Below are positions 29,310-39,392 of a stretch of DNA of 64,000 bases, one piece after another. Each line of letters begins with the position of its first letter. Within the stretch, counting starts at the first letter, position 1. Source of the stretch: a virus (taxonomy: Duplodnaviria; Caudoviricetes); IMG/VR virus record IMGVR_UViG_3300029288_005873, positions 256,001 through 320,000 of that record; one strand, given 5' to 3'. The notes beneath the pieces are model-generated. The model was not told the origin of the DNA, did no database searches, and was given only the letters and a program-made list of their open reading frames with translations. Both the position numbers and the translations under genes were made by a program.

Positions 29310-31271
29310 CTAATTGTTTTTACTAAGGATTGAACTAACATAACGCAAAAGGTCATTTGCGCTTTCAGGAGTATAACCACATTGTTCGCTTAGGGTCTTT
29401 ACAACTTCGTTCAATCTCTTTAGGGCTTCAGGATCAGGATTGCGCACAGATACTGTAAGCCTAATTATATCACTTCGTTCCTCGAAAAGCTGTTTCTGTA
29501 GAGCTTCCTTCAGTCTAGGATGACTCTGGTAATCATAACTACCAGTTTCGCTCTTGCTCTTTACCATCTTCCTATAAACTTCCTCACGGAACGAATCCTT
29601 ACCTCCATCTGTTACACCAATCTTCTCTTCGACGCTTCGCATAAGCCTATGGTTGGGTTCTTCCATCTCTCCCCAATCATTCTTGACTTTTTCCTTGTCT
29701 AGATAAGCCCCCACATTATCAAGATAGTTATTGAGAAGGTCTTTAATCTCATGTTCAAAATTGAGGAAGAATGCCTTTTGAATCTCATTGGTGGCGATTT
29801 TGTTATATTCCTCCATAACCGTAGTTATAATATCCTCGAACCGCGATATATCATCCTTGGTCAACTTGGCATTGGTAGCAAAACCCTCTTTGATGCTCCG
29901 AACAATATCCAAAGGAGTAATGTAGTTTTTGCCGCATTTTGTCAAACAAGCTGAAATACGGTTTACAATGTAACGCGGGCTAATTCCATCCATTCCCTCG
30001 CGTTCGGCGCTTTCACGAAGTTTCCTCTCATCATCCTTGCCAGTTCCATCAAGCTTCTCTCCATTGTACAGGCGCATCTTAGTCAAAGTTGTAAACGATG
30101 CGTCCTTAGGCTCCTCCAAGCGACTTAGAACGGCAAACATTGCCGCCAGACGAAGAGTGTGTGGAGCTATATGGATATCTTTGAACCCATGGGCTTTGGA
30201 AATAAGTTTCTCATATATCTTAATCTCGTCGTCAAGTTTAAGATTGTATGGGAACTTAATCACCCAAAGGCGGTCATGTAATGCTTCCTCTTCCTTCTGA
30301 CCTAGAAACTTGAGATATTCTGTTTCATTTGTGTGCGAAATCACAACTAGATCCGCAAAAATAAGTGGAAAATTCTGAGCTTTAATCCTTTTCTCCTGGG
30401 CAAGCGTTAGAAGGATGTGGCGAAATTTACGATCCACCTTTAGGAGTTCTATAAACTCCATCATTCCACGATTTGCCTTGTTCAACTCACCATTAAAATC
30501 AAACGCAAGGGGGTGTGACTCTGATCCAAGTTCTGCTAGCTTAGCAAAATTTACAGATCCTGTCAATTCTGACTGATTCTGCGATTTTGAATCAGCGGGC
30601 TGAAATGTACCAATACCTACTCTATCTGCTTCAGACATAAATACGCGTTCAACCGGCATGGACATAAAATCCCCATTAAACTCGTTCTTAAGTCTATATG
30701 CGCAACGTGGACATAGATCGCCCTCGATCCCTATACCAAGCTGCTCTTTTAATTTTGCGCGTGCAGCTTTTGGTACGGCATTCAAAGGATTTTCCTGCAT
30801 AGGACAATCCTTCAGTGCAAAAATTCGTCCAGCCTTGGTGCGAGAAAAGCGTTCAAGACCCTCCTTTAGGAGGATTGCAAACTGTGATTTTCCAGAACTC
30901 GTCGGACCATAAAGCAAAAGAATGCGTCGACTAACATCCGAACCTGCCGCCGCTGCTTTGAAATATTCCATAACACTATTTAGCGTATCATTGATGCCAA
31001 ATAGTTCATTAGTGAAGAAGGAATATTCTGGCCTCTCTTTCTTTTCATCCTTTTCTCCAAATTTGATGCCTGCCGTCTCAATCATCCGCCAGAGCCTGGC
31101 GTGGGCGGATTCTGCCAACGAGTTATCATCACGCACCATTGGAAGGAATTCGCGCAATGTACCAGTCCAAGGTTCCAAATCCTCGTCGGCTGCGCATTCC
31201 TCAATCATAGAGACGATATCAAATATGTCTTCGCCATCTTTTTTGTTACGCTTGCCGGTGTTTACAATCAT
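29310..31271 (-). CDS. prkA: PrkA/YeaG family AAA+ ATPase (serine protein kinase)
   Basis: LLLYGPTSSGKS, CPMQENPL, GELNKANRGMMEFIELLK, SHTNETEY, EGMDGISPRY. Confidence 0.92.
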   Translation of the reverse strand: MIVNTGKRNKKDGEDIFDIVSMIEECAADEDLEPWTGTLREFLPMVRDDNSLAESAHARLWRMIETAGIKFGEKDEKKERPEYSFFTNELFGINDTLNSVMEYFKAAAAGSDVSRRILLLYGPTSSGKSQFAILLKEGLERFSRTKAGRIFALKDCPMQENPLNAVPKAARAKLKEQLGIGIEGDLCPRCAYRLKNEFNGDFMSMPVERVFMSEADRVGIGTFQPADSKSQNQSELTGSVNFAKLAELGSESHPLAFDFNGELNKANRGMMEFIELLKVDRKFRHILLTLAQEKRIKAQNFPLIFADLVVISHTNETEYLKFLGQKEEEALHDRLWVIKFPYNLKLDDEIKIYEKLISKAHGFKDIHIAPHTLRLAAMFAVLSRLEEPKDASFTTLTKMRLYNGEKLDGTGKDDERKLRESAEREGMDGISPRYIVNRISACLTKCGKNYITPLDIVRSIKEGFATNAKLTKDDISRFEDIITTVMEEYNKIATNEIQKAFFLNFEHEIKDLLNNYLDNVGAYLDKEKVKNDWGEMEEPNHRLMRSVEEKIGVTDGGKDSFREEVYRKMVKSKSETGSYDYQSHPRLKEALQKQLFEERSDIIRLTVSVRNPDPEALKRLNEVVKTLSEQCGYTPESANDLLRYVSSILSKNN

Positions 31272-31345
31272 ATGAATCCTTTTTCATGAAGACGTCGGGT
31301 TTTCCAAACAAAGATATTATACGGATGGGCTCGGCAAAATTCAAC

Positions 31346-31621
31346 CTACTTTTTTCCCATCTTGTCTTCTCCAATAATATCAGCAAGAGCATCCTCGTCG
31401 CCACCCTTGATTTTTTCAGCAATTTTCTTAGCCTCTGGCTCCAGGACATTTTTGAAATATTCCCTGCTACCCATTTCTACTTTGCCAAATGTTCCTGAAA
31501 TCATTCTAAATACATTACCACAATGACAAGCTGGGCATTCTTTTGGTGGTGGATCGCCGATCGCCGCAAGTTCATCAAATTCATTTCCACAGTCACGGCA
31601 TTTGTAGTCATATATAGGCAT
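31346..31621 (-). CDS. FmdB-family zinc-ribbon protein
   Basis: MPIYDYKCRDCG...CPAC. Confidence 0.8.
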   Translation of the reverse strand: MPIYDYKCRDCGNEFDELAAIGDPPPKECPACHCGNVFRMISGTFGKVEMGSREYFKNVLEPEAKKIAEKIKGGDEDALADIIGEDKMGKK

Positions 31622-31632
31622 ATATCCTCCCA

Positions 31633-33030
31633 TTATACAGATGTATAATCTCCAACATCCCAATCACTTGGGCAATCATATAAACGCATTAGATCTAAAC
31701 GCTTCTGAAGCACTATAATTCCTTGTTCGCCGTCTCTATTCTTTACAATATGACATCTCATGTCCTTCAAAAGATGTTCATCCTTTCGTTTCTCTATGTT
31801 TATGATTATACTAGCATTTTGCGCAAGCATAAGACTTCTAGCCATCCTATCCTGATCCGGTCTCGCTTGACGTGAGGATTCTTCCTTTGGAGGTCTGTTT
31901 AGCTGCGCTGGTGAAATAACAGGTACATGGTTTACACGAATAAATTCATGCGCTTGCTCTGCTATTTTGCCAACCTTGAGCCAATCCTGCCCAGCTTCAC
32001 CTTGTTCATCATCCAATGACATTAGATTCAAATAGTCAATCACAACCAATTGAGGCCTATCATCCTGATTGCTTTCACAGAGTTCCATAAATTTAGCTTC
32101 AACATACCTCATTGTAGCACCACGAGGTATATCAACTATATGGAACTGATTATTGTATTTCTCTATAAATTCAAGAGCAGCAAAATATCGCGCTTCCTCT
32201 TTATTATCTAAGGTTCCATCACGTATACCATAAAGGGGCACTCCAGCTATACATGAATGAAGACGTCTTTCAAGTTGGTCATAGGGCATCTCTATTGTAA
32301 AATAAACTATTGACCTTCCCTTGTTGAAATCAATTTTTGACCCCGGATCTAGAGGAGGCTTATTTCCATTTAACCACGCATTAACAGCAGCATTCATCGA
32401 TAATGTAGATTTTCCTGTTCCAGACTCACCACCTATTAGAAGAAGATCGCCATCTCCTAGACCATTTGTTATTCGGTCAAACTCTGCTAGACCTATTTTA
32501 ACTCCAGGTGAACTACTTGGATCGCTTTTTACTCTACAATACTTTTCCTTGGCTTCAGTCACAGTTCCGGCTAAAGTGCCTTCTTTGTATGCGCTTACCT
32601 TATAAAGTCTCTCTATCTGTGCCGTTGTATCACGAAACACCTTGTTAGCGTCTCCAAGATCGGAGAATTTACCTTCGCTCAAGTTTTTCTGAAATACATT
32701 CTGACCAGCCTTTAGAAGGAGTTGATGATTAAATCTAGTCTTTATTTGTTCAAAATCAACCTGGAATTCACGTGGATCAACTTGCGCAACAAAACCAAGA
32801 ACTTCAGCATATATTGCTGAAACTTGGTCCCATGCATCACCTGCAACATACTCAAGCATTCTTTCTGTTGGTATGTCCTTGTATTTGCCAAAACACCTAT
32901 ACACAAGCTCCCAAAGAGCACGAAAATCTGGCTGGAGATACTCTCCATTCATTAATGACACCATGGACAAAAGTGTCTTCTTATCAGCCAGAGAATAGGC
33001 AAGAATGCGCAAATCCAAAATCCTATTCAT
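31633..33030 (-). CDS. dnaB: DnaB-like replicative helicase
   Basis: GGESGTGKS, FTIEM, VVIDYL, AQLNR, IVKNRDG. Confidence 0.88.
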   Translation of the reverse strand: MNRILDLRILAYSLADKKTLLSMVSLMNGEYLQPDFRALWELVYRCFGKYKDIPTERMLEYVAGDAWDQVSAIYAEVLGFVAQVDPREFQVDFEQIKTRFNHQLLLKAGQNVFQKNLSEGKFSDLGDANKVFRDTTAQIERLYKVSAYKEGTLAGTVTEAKEKYCRVKSDPSSSPGVKIGLAEFDRITNGLGDGDLLLIGGESGTGKSTLSMNAAVNAWLNGNKPPLDPGSKIDFNKGRSIVYFTIEMPYDQLERRLHSCIAGVPLYGIRDGTLDNKEEARYFAALEFIEKYNNQFHIVDIPRGATMRYVEAKFMELCESNQDDRPQLVVIDYLNLMSLDDEQGEAGQDWLKVGKIAEQAHEFIRVNHVPVISPAQLNRPPKEESSRQARPDQDRMARSLMLAQNASIIINIEKRKDEHLLKDMRCHIVKNRDGEQGIIVLQKRLDLMRLYDCPSDWDVGDYTSV

Positions 33031-33707
33031 GCGTCTACCCCTTTGGTCTTCCTGGCATCCATGCCTCGTACTACCTTTTCAATAAAAAATTGTGATCTAA
33101 GAGACTTAAAAGACATTTCAAACTCACCAGAAAAGATCTTATCAAGTTCCCCAGCATTTGTACACATCACCATAGGCAATCTATTCTGTGTGCGCATTCT
33201 CAATATAGATTCAAATTGAGTACCATATAATATGCCCTTATTCACGGTGCCAAAAAAACGCTGATCGACCTCATCAAGAACCAAAAAATCCGTCATCTTC
33301 AACATGCGCTTATATTCATATGATTCTTCTGATACCATAACATCAACAGCGTCATTAAATGATGTATAGTGTGTTGAATAACCCTTCAAAATTGCCTTCT
33401 TGAGAATAGCACATGCTGCCATAGTTTTTCCAACTCCCCTATGACCGCAAAGACAAAGAACCTTTCCATCCGCATATACTTCTGGGATATTAGATATATA
33501 TTCATCAATCAGCCACTTACCAAACTCTTCATCTCCATACCATTGACTCATATCTCTAAACCAGTAATCTACTGGAATTCCTGCCGATGCCATCTGGTCT
33601 ACAAAAGAACAATACATCTGGCAACTGGGACAACTGGCTCCACCGCATTTTGCGCACTTATTTACAATACGCTTCTTTTCAGTTTCAATTTTGCGCTGTG
33701 GAATCAT
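33027..33707 (-). CDS. DnaC/IstB-like AAA+ helicase loader
   Basis: N-terminal Cys cluster, GHRGVGKT, LVLDEV, CTN; directly upstream of dnaB. Confidence 0.8.
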   Translation of the reverse strand: MIPQRKIETEKKRIVNKCAKCGGASCPSCQMYCSFVDQMASAGIPVDYWFRDMSQWYGDEEFGKWLIDEYISNIPEVYADGKVLCLCGHRGVGKTMAACAILKKAILKGYSTHYTSFNDAVDVMVSEESYEYKRMLKMTDFLVLDEVDQRFFGTVNKGILYGTQFESILRMRTQNRLPMVMCTNAGELDKIFSGEFEMSFKSLRSQFFIEKVVRGMDARKTKGVDA

Positions 33708-34099
33708 TTGCCTTCCTTATCAATACGTGGACGAAAAAGCGGCTTTACTTGTGAGGCTGTACCAAAACTATTATTGTGCCTATATCTGTCTTTTATATTA
33801 TCAATACGTATATTTTCAAGAATCTCATTATCTTGTGCTATTCCTGGAGTCTGTACCGAGTTTTCACTTTTATCACCTAATATTCTACAAATATCAGGAT
33901 CTGCGGACACAAGCTTTATGTACGATATATTATCATATGAGGCTGGAACCATAATCATAACCCCATCACTATCTCTTATCATAAACCAGTCTTTTCCGCC
34001 AATTTCGGCGGTTCCCTCCATTCTTCCATATACAACATTACAACTCCTAAGCCCTATCTCTACAGCCTCACTATTTGACATAATTTTTGCCAAATCCAT
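33704..34099 (-). CDS. hypothetical protein
   Basis: 131-aa ORF in replication cluster. Confidence 0.55.
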   Translation of the reverse strand: MDLAKIMSNSEAVEIGLRSCNVVYGRMEGTAEIGGKDWFMIRDSDGVMIMVPASYDNISYIKLVSADPDICRILGDKSENSVQTPGIAQDNEILENIRIDNIKDRYRHNNSFGTASQVKPLFRPRIDKEGK

Positions 34100-34100
34100 A

Positions 34101-34832
34101 TTAATCCTCCAGCTTTACAAAACCTGGACCAGGTGGTAACATTCCTCGCCTAACAGCCTCTATTACAACTCTCCCCTCTGGCGTATCTTTTTGACTAGAT
34201 TTGACATATGCCACCATAAAATTGAGATCGTTCCATGTGTCAAATTCTTGATGCTCAAATACATCGGGCTCATTGGCTAAGCACCATTCTACAAATTCTG
34301 TTGGCAATGGTGTAGATCTGCGTAGGACCTTCGACCTAGTTTTGGCTAACATAAACTCAGCCACAAACTTCTGAGAAACAAAAAAACCTAGACTACTTAT
34401 AGCATAATCCTTTCCAGCCTTGAATAAAAGAGCCCATTTTATGTATGTTCTTGCCGCTTTGGCGTCTCCATCAAACATGGCAAGAAGACGCCTACCCATG
34501 ATAAAATCTTTGCTCTTATATGGATTAGGATTCGTGTAATCAAAACGAAAAGGATGACCATATAGTTCAGCATATTTGGCGCAAAAATATCCCACTAAAC
34601 ATGGAAGCTTATGTTTTGGATCTTCCCATTTTGAATTATCTTGCCATAGAAACCTATATTGGTTCCACCATAGTTCCCATTCGTTGCGCACATCGTTACC
34701 ACATTCCTGGCAAGAAAAAACGGGGTACTGGACCCCGTCTCCTAAAAAGACAACTTCTTTTGTGCGCCCACACGCACATATGTGTTTATTTAATCCTGCC
34801 TTTGACTTTCTTGACCTTTTTAAGTGATTCAC
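34101..34832 (-). CDS. hypothetical Zn-ribbon protein in replication cluster (start uncertain)
   Basis: CACG...CQEC; GTG at 34832 with SD AGGGG chosen to reduce overlap. Confidence 0.55.
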   Translation of the reverse strand: MNHLKRSRKSKAGLNKHICACGRTKEVVFLGDGVQYPVFSCQECGNDVRNEWELWWNQYRFLWQDNSKWEDPKHKLPCLVGYFCAKYAELYGHPFRFDYTNPNPYKSKDFIMGRRLLAMFDGDAKAARTYIKWALLFKAGKDYAISSLGFFVSQKFVAEFMLAKTRSKVLRRSTPLPTEFVEWCLANEPDVFEHQEFDTWNDLNFMVAYVKSSQKDTPEGRVVIEAVRRGMLPPGPGFVKLED

Positions 34833-36324
34833 GGTCAAACCCCTTTGGGAACTTAATCCTAAAGCTTGGCTCCGTCTCATAGACGGCAATACGTGTTGCT
34901 GAATGTTTGTCGAGGTATTTGGCATTATCTATAAAGTCCATTATTATGGCATCCGATTTTCCCTTATGTCCGCGAATCACGCGCCCAATGCGCTGAAGAA
35001 CACGTACAGTAGATTTTCCTCCGCCAGCAAGTATAAGAGCATCAAGGCTTGGTATGTCAACGCCTATATCAAATACAGATGACGCAACCAAACACTTAAG
35101 TTCCCCCTTCTCAAATTTTTCTTTTGCTTCTTGCCTCACGGTTCCATCAAGGCTGCCGTTGACAAAAAATACTGGCAAATCTCCGAGCATGTCGACAATT
35201 TTTTGTCCATGTGGTATGTAACGTACCAAAATCAAAACCTTTCTTCCCATTTCGACCAATTTTTTTGCCCCGTCGGAAATATATTTGTTCCTTATGTCAT
35301 TGTTTGTTATGTATTTACTATATACAGAATTCCAATTTGATGGACATGGTCCTGGAAGTGGTGGTACTTCCATGAGTGCTATTTTTGGAACTACAAGATA
35401 ACCTAGATCAATTAGTTTGGAGGCTGGCATGTTAAAAATACGTCTACCACAAGCTGCCTCTAGTAATAGATCTGCTCCATCATCACGCCAATCGGTACCT
35501 GTCATTCCAAACATATAACGGCATTTTTTACTTGCCTTAAATATTGCCTGAATCGTTTCACAAGCTAGGAAATGCGCCTCATCAAAAATAGCAAGGTTTG
35601 CTCCTTCGACAGCGGTCTGAATCGCGCGTTTATTTTTTGGTCCCATTGATACAACTTCTGGAGACCAATCTTCATCATCCAGAGAAACACTTGTTCTTAA
35701 TCCAAAAGCTGTTACAGCCGTCCAAACTGAACATACTGTAAATTTTCTAACGTCGCAATGTCCATCTCCTACAATTCCAACATTATCAATACCAAGAGTT
35801 TTTCCCATTTCCTTATGGAATTGATATAGAAGATCTTTTCCTACAACATAAATCATTGTTGGTACATTATATTCTGCTATTATCATTGCGGATGTAGCAG
35901 TCTTTCCTCCACCTGTTCCAATCCTTATTATTCCTCTACCCTCTCTAAGTGCGGCTTCAACAGCAGCTTTTTGATGAGGCCATGGTGTATATCCCGAAAG
36001 ATCAAATCTGCCTCCGGATACTATTTCTGTACGTTGGTCACAAACCTCATATTCTACTTTGTTTTTATCAAAAAACTCTAAAACTCTGGATAGAAAACCT
36101 GTGGGGAAAACCATTTTGCTACTAAGAAGATGTCGTTTACCATCCCATGTTTTCCATTGTTCAGTCTTTTTGTCATACCAGCCCTGTCTAAAGGCTTTCA
36201 TGTACTGGTATCCCTCGACAAAATATGACAATTGCCTATCGATGGCATCGACAAGAGAAATGTCCGTTTCCGCCAATCCGCTAATTCTACACCAGACATT
36301 GCTGACAAAAATTTTCACTGGCAC
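34786..36324 (-). CDS. SF2 DEAH-box helicase (UvsW/XPB-like)
   Basis: GTGGGKT, FDEAH, GMTGT, IGVDIP, QRIGRVIR. Confidence 0.9.
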   Translation of the reverse strand: MPVKIFVSNVWCRISGLAETDISLVDAIDRQLSYFVEGYQYMKAFRQGWYDKKTEQWKTWDGKRHLLSSKMVFPTGFLSRVLEFFDKNKVEYEVCDQRTEIVSGGRFDLSGYTPWPHQKAAVEAALREGRGIIRIGTGGGKTATSAMIIAEYNVPTMIYVVGKDLLYQFHKEMGKTLGIDNVGIVGDGHCDVRKFTVCSVWTAVTAFGLRTSVSLDDEDWSPEVVSMGPKNKRAIQTAVEGANLAIFDEAHFLACETIQAIFKASKKCRYMFGMTGTDWRDDGADLLLEAACGRRIFNMPASKLIDLGYLVVPKIALMEVPPLPGPCPSNWNSVYSKYITNNDIRNKYISDGAKKLVEMGRKVLILVRYIPHGQKIVDMLGDLPVFFVNGSLDGTVRQEAKEKFEKGELKCLVASSVFDIGVDIPSLDALILAGGGKSTVRVLQRIGRVIRGHKGKSDAIIMDFIDNAKYLDKHSATRIAVYETEPSFRIKFPKGFDRESLKKVKKVKGRIK

Positions 36325-36332
36325 ATAGACTC

Positions 36333-37709
36333 CTATCGTCTCCTACGATCTATAATTTCGGGACGTTTATTTGCATTTGTGGTCAATTTTCCAAATCCGC
36401 TTTTGTTTTGCTGAATAAGACGTCTAATCTCCTGAGCTTTTGCGGAGGTTTCATTTCCAGCGCCGTAATCCACATTCATCCTAGAGGCTCTGGTCTTTTC
36501 TTTTTCTCGTATTTGCTTCATCTGCTCTTCAGCCTCTTGCTTAAGCATTTCTATTCTTGCAGCTGGAAGACCTAGACCGCTAAACATCATATATACTCTT
36601 ATACTATCATCACCAATGTCTGGTATTTCATAAACACCACGTGTTAATTGAGCATAATCACATAATTCACTAATCATATGTGAGGCATAATGTATATTTT
36701 CTGCGGGAAGATTTGACATGGCGGCGTGACTACCAACAACAAGAAGACCGCCGAACCTTGCTTCCTTCAAATTAAAATCACTCGATAGAAGGCTTTTCTC
36801 TAACTGTTCAACAACAGCTTCTGCTATTGCTGTTGTTTCCATGTAATTCTCAACTTCCATCATTCCATAGATCAAACAATCCCCTGCTGCAAAGATTCTT
36901 CCAAAATCCATAGAATCTAAACTATCATAGGGAGTAGCCATGGCTGATAGGCTGTTGAAAAGATGAAGAGGCTCAACAATCGCTCTATTTGCCGCAGGCC
37001 AAAATTCAGCCTTGCTGAGTCCAGGATAAAGAAGTTCGATTTTTGCATTATCAACAACAATCAGGGTCGCAATCACATCAGAACTTGCCATTTTTGCTAA
37101 CTTGCCCAAAGTTGTCACGGCGTTATGTTTACTCAATGAATCTTCGGTCTCCATGGGTAGTACATAAATTACTCCAACAGGCTTTCCTAAAGATCCAATA
37201 AGTCCCAAAATTGCTTCGGCGCCTCCACTTCCAGTTCCACCCCCTCCACTTACGGCTAAAAGAATCATTTCATTCTTGTCTCCAAACGTTCCTTGGAGTT
37301 TATTCATTATGATTTCGGCATTCTGTTCAACAGCCTGTCTGCCATTATCTAGTTCTTTTCCAGCTCCTCCAAGAGCAAATGGAAGAAAAAGTTTCTTTTC
37401 CTCCGGCATACCAATAAATTCAAGGTCCTGTGTTGCTGTATTCATTACACAAGCATCATATCCAAGACTATAGAATGTCTCAGCTATTCTTGAACCAGCT
37501 TGACCTAAACCAATAACTCCAAAATTCAAACTTCTATCTCTGGATACCTGATTGGTAGTTTTAGATTGAATTTTAGAACGAAGACCATCTATAATCTTTG
37601 GGTCTAACTCTGGAATAGATTGTAGCTGGTGCTCCAACTCCTCATCATCAATGTCTCCTGGGGTTGTTACATTTTCGTTCACAAAAATACGGTTTTTTTC
37701 ATCAGTCAT
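36333..37709 (-). CDS. tubulin/FtsZ-family GTPase (PhuZ/TubZ/CetZ-like)
   Basis: GLGQAGSRIAE, GGAGK, GGGTGSG signature, VVDN, LDSMDF; C-terminal charged helix. Confidence 0.88.
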   Translation of the reverse strand: MTDEKNRIFVNENVTTPGDIDDEELEHQLQSIPELDPKIIDGLRSKIQSKTTNQVSRDRSLNFGVIGLGQAGSRIAETFYSLGYDACVMNTATQDLEFIGMPEEKKLFLPFALGGAGKELDNGRQAVEQNAEIIMNKLQGTFGDKNEMILLAVSGGGGTGSGGAEAILGLIGSLGKPVGVIYVLPMETEDSLSKHNAVTTLGKLAKMASSDVIATLIVVDNAKIELLYPGLSKAEFWPAANRAIVEPLHLFNSLSAMATPYDSLDSMDFGRIFAAGDCLIYGMMEVENYMETTAIAEAVVEQLEKSLLSSDFNLKEARFGGLLVVGSHAAMSNLPAENIHYASHMISELCDYAQLTRGVYEIPDIGDDSIRVYMMFSGLGLPAARIEMLKQEAEEQMKQIREKEKTRASRMNVDYGAGNETSAKAQEIRRLIQQNKSGFGKLTTNANKRPEIIDRRRR

Positions 37710-37710
37710 T

Positions 37711-38616
37711 TCAATGATCTCCAAATTCGCCCTTGACATTTTCGTTTTGACCGGATATTTTTTCATCACCATGCCAAAGGGGGGATGAAACTGATCTTTC
37801 AAATACCCATTTATTCATCATATGCCACTTGGTAGTCTTCCTTACAACATCTATGGCATCATTTGAATCTGTACACCATCCTACAACATCTGTATTCTCT
37901 GTTCCTGTTAGCTGAGATAATAAAAGCATATCCATAGGACTAGCATTGAAAAGAGCCGGCATCTTTATTATATTATTACAGTCATTTTCTGCCATAAACC
38001 AAATCATAGAAGCTACATCATCAGCATAAGCATATCTTCTTTTTTCACAGCTCGGAGACCATCCATCTTCCATTTTACCTACAGCTATTCTCCTCAAAGC
38101 ATCCTCAAACCACCCATTGCCTCTGTTTCCAAAACAGGTTGGAAGTCTTAGGATTTTGCCTCCGGATTCGACTACCATAGATTCGACAAAATTCCACATC
38201 TTTCTATTCCCCATATCTGGAACATCTGTATCGGGAACGAGCCGTATGACTTTTGGTCTCTTTTGTAGATTGGAAAAACCTTTTGACGCATATCGACACG
38301 CTATTGATGTTGGAAGAACTATTTCATTAATTCCATCAGTAGATTCTGGAATTTTTGAAATAGGGGGAACAGACATCATTGTTCCTATTACTAAAATATC
38401 AGGTTTTTCCATCCATATCATGCGATCCATAAATTCAGCATCACCAGCATCACCAATGTGGAAAGAATGTTTTCTGTGCTGATATACTTTGCGAAAATCA
38501 AAGTTTTTAAGACAATCTACACTTGCGAACTCATAATCCTTTGTCCTATATAACATATAGCGCATAAGATTGGACATTAGAAATCCAGCCGAGCCGCAAA
38601 CAAGAATTTTTCTCAT
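37711..38616 (-). CDS. degenerate NAD-dependent epimerase/dehydratase (RmlB-like)
   Basis: KILVCGSAGFLM N-terminus; no YxxxK visible. Confidence 0.6.
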   Translation of the reverse strand: MRKILVCGSAGFLMSNLMRYMLYRTKDYEFASVDCLKNFDFRKVYQHRKHSFHIGDAGDAEFMDRMIWMEKPDILVIGTMMSVPPISKIPESTDGINEIVLPTSIACRYASKGFSNLQKRPKVIRLVPDTDVPDMGNRKMWNFVESMVVESGGKILRLPTCFGNRGNGWFEDALRRIAVGKMEDGWSPSCEKRRYAYADDVASMIWFMAENDCNNIIKMPALFNASPMDMLLLSQLTGTENTDVVGWCTDSNDAIDVVRKTTKWHMMNKWVFERSVSSPLWHGDEKISGQNENVKGEFGDH

Positions 38617-39392
38617 TTCTTCCCCCACAAAAAATGTCCATCACATTCCCCAAGTTGGAAAGGGGGTCTGTCATTTGTAACCTTCTGTCCAGTACCACGT
38701 CGATCAAGAGAAGATTGTAGTGCTATTTTTGCATTCAAGTCTTGTTCAGGTCTTGCGGCTCTAGATACTTGTCCGGGATGTTGACGGTAATGATATGTTA
38801 TCTTCCCTTCTAGACGTCCCATTCTCCCAGGAAATTTTTCATCAAGACGTAATGCTAAATCGTAATCAACTGCCGATGATAATGTATTGGAATAACCCTC
38901 AAACGATGAAAACCTATAAAATCTAAGTGGAAAAAAGCACATGTATTTAAGAAGCTTGGATCTATCAAATCCCCTATCAGACATTACATGTGGCATAATC
39001 CATGTTTTTCCAGAGTCATCAAAACAATCAAATGTTCCACAAGCAGCAACTAATTCAGGATTCTTTTGCATAAATTCGAGATAAGATGAAAGACAATCTC
39101 CTGGTATTATATCATCTCCACCAACATGACAGATAAAATCCGGATCCTGTAGAATTGAAATTGCCTCATTTTTTAATTTACCTATGAGTCCACATCTTTC
39201 ATTTTTACGTATTACAATACATCGACTATCGGATGCTTTTTTTGCAGTATCAAACGTATCATCATCAGAGGCATCATCAATAACAACTAAGTGCCAATTC
39301 TGAAAATCCTGAGCAATTAGGCTGTCTATTGCCTCACCTACATATTTTGATACATTATGGCAAGGCATATATATTCCTACAGACTTTTTCAT
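38613..39392 (-). CDS. glycosyltransferase family 2
   Basis: MPCHN, VIDDASDD, GGDD, VDYDLALR. Confidence 0.85.
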   Translation of the reverse strand: MKKSVGIYMPCHNVSKYVGEAIDSLIAQDFQNWHLVVIDDASDDDTFDTAKKASDSRCIVIRKNERCGLIGKLKNEAISILQDPDFICHVGGDDIIPGDCLSSYLEFMQKNPELVAACGTFDCFDDSGKTWIMPHVMSDRGFDRSKLLKYMCFFPLRFYRFSSFEGYSNTLSSAVDYDLALRLDEKFPGRMGRLEGKITYHYRQHPGQVSRAARPEQDLNAKIALQSSLDRRGTGQKVTNDRPPFQLGECDGHFLWGKK

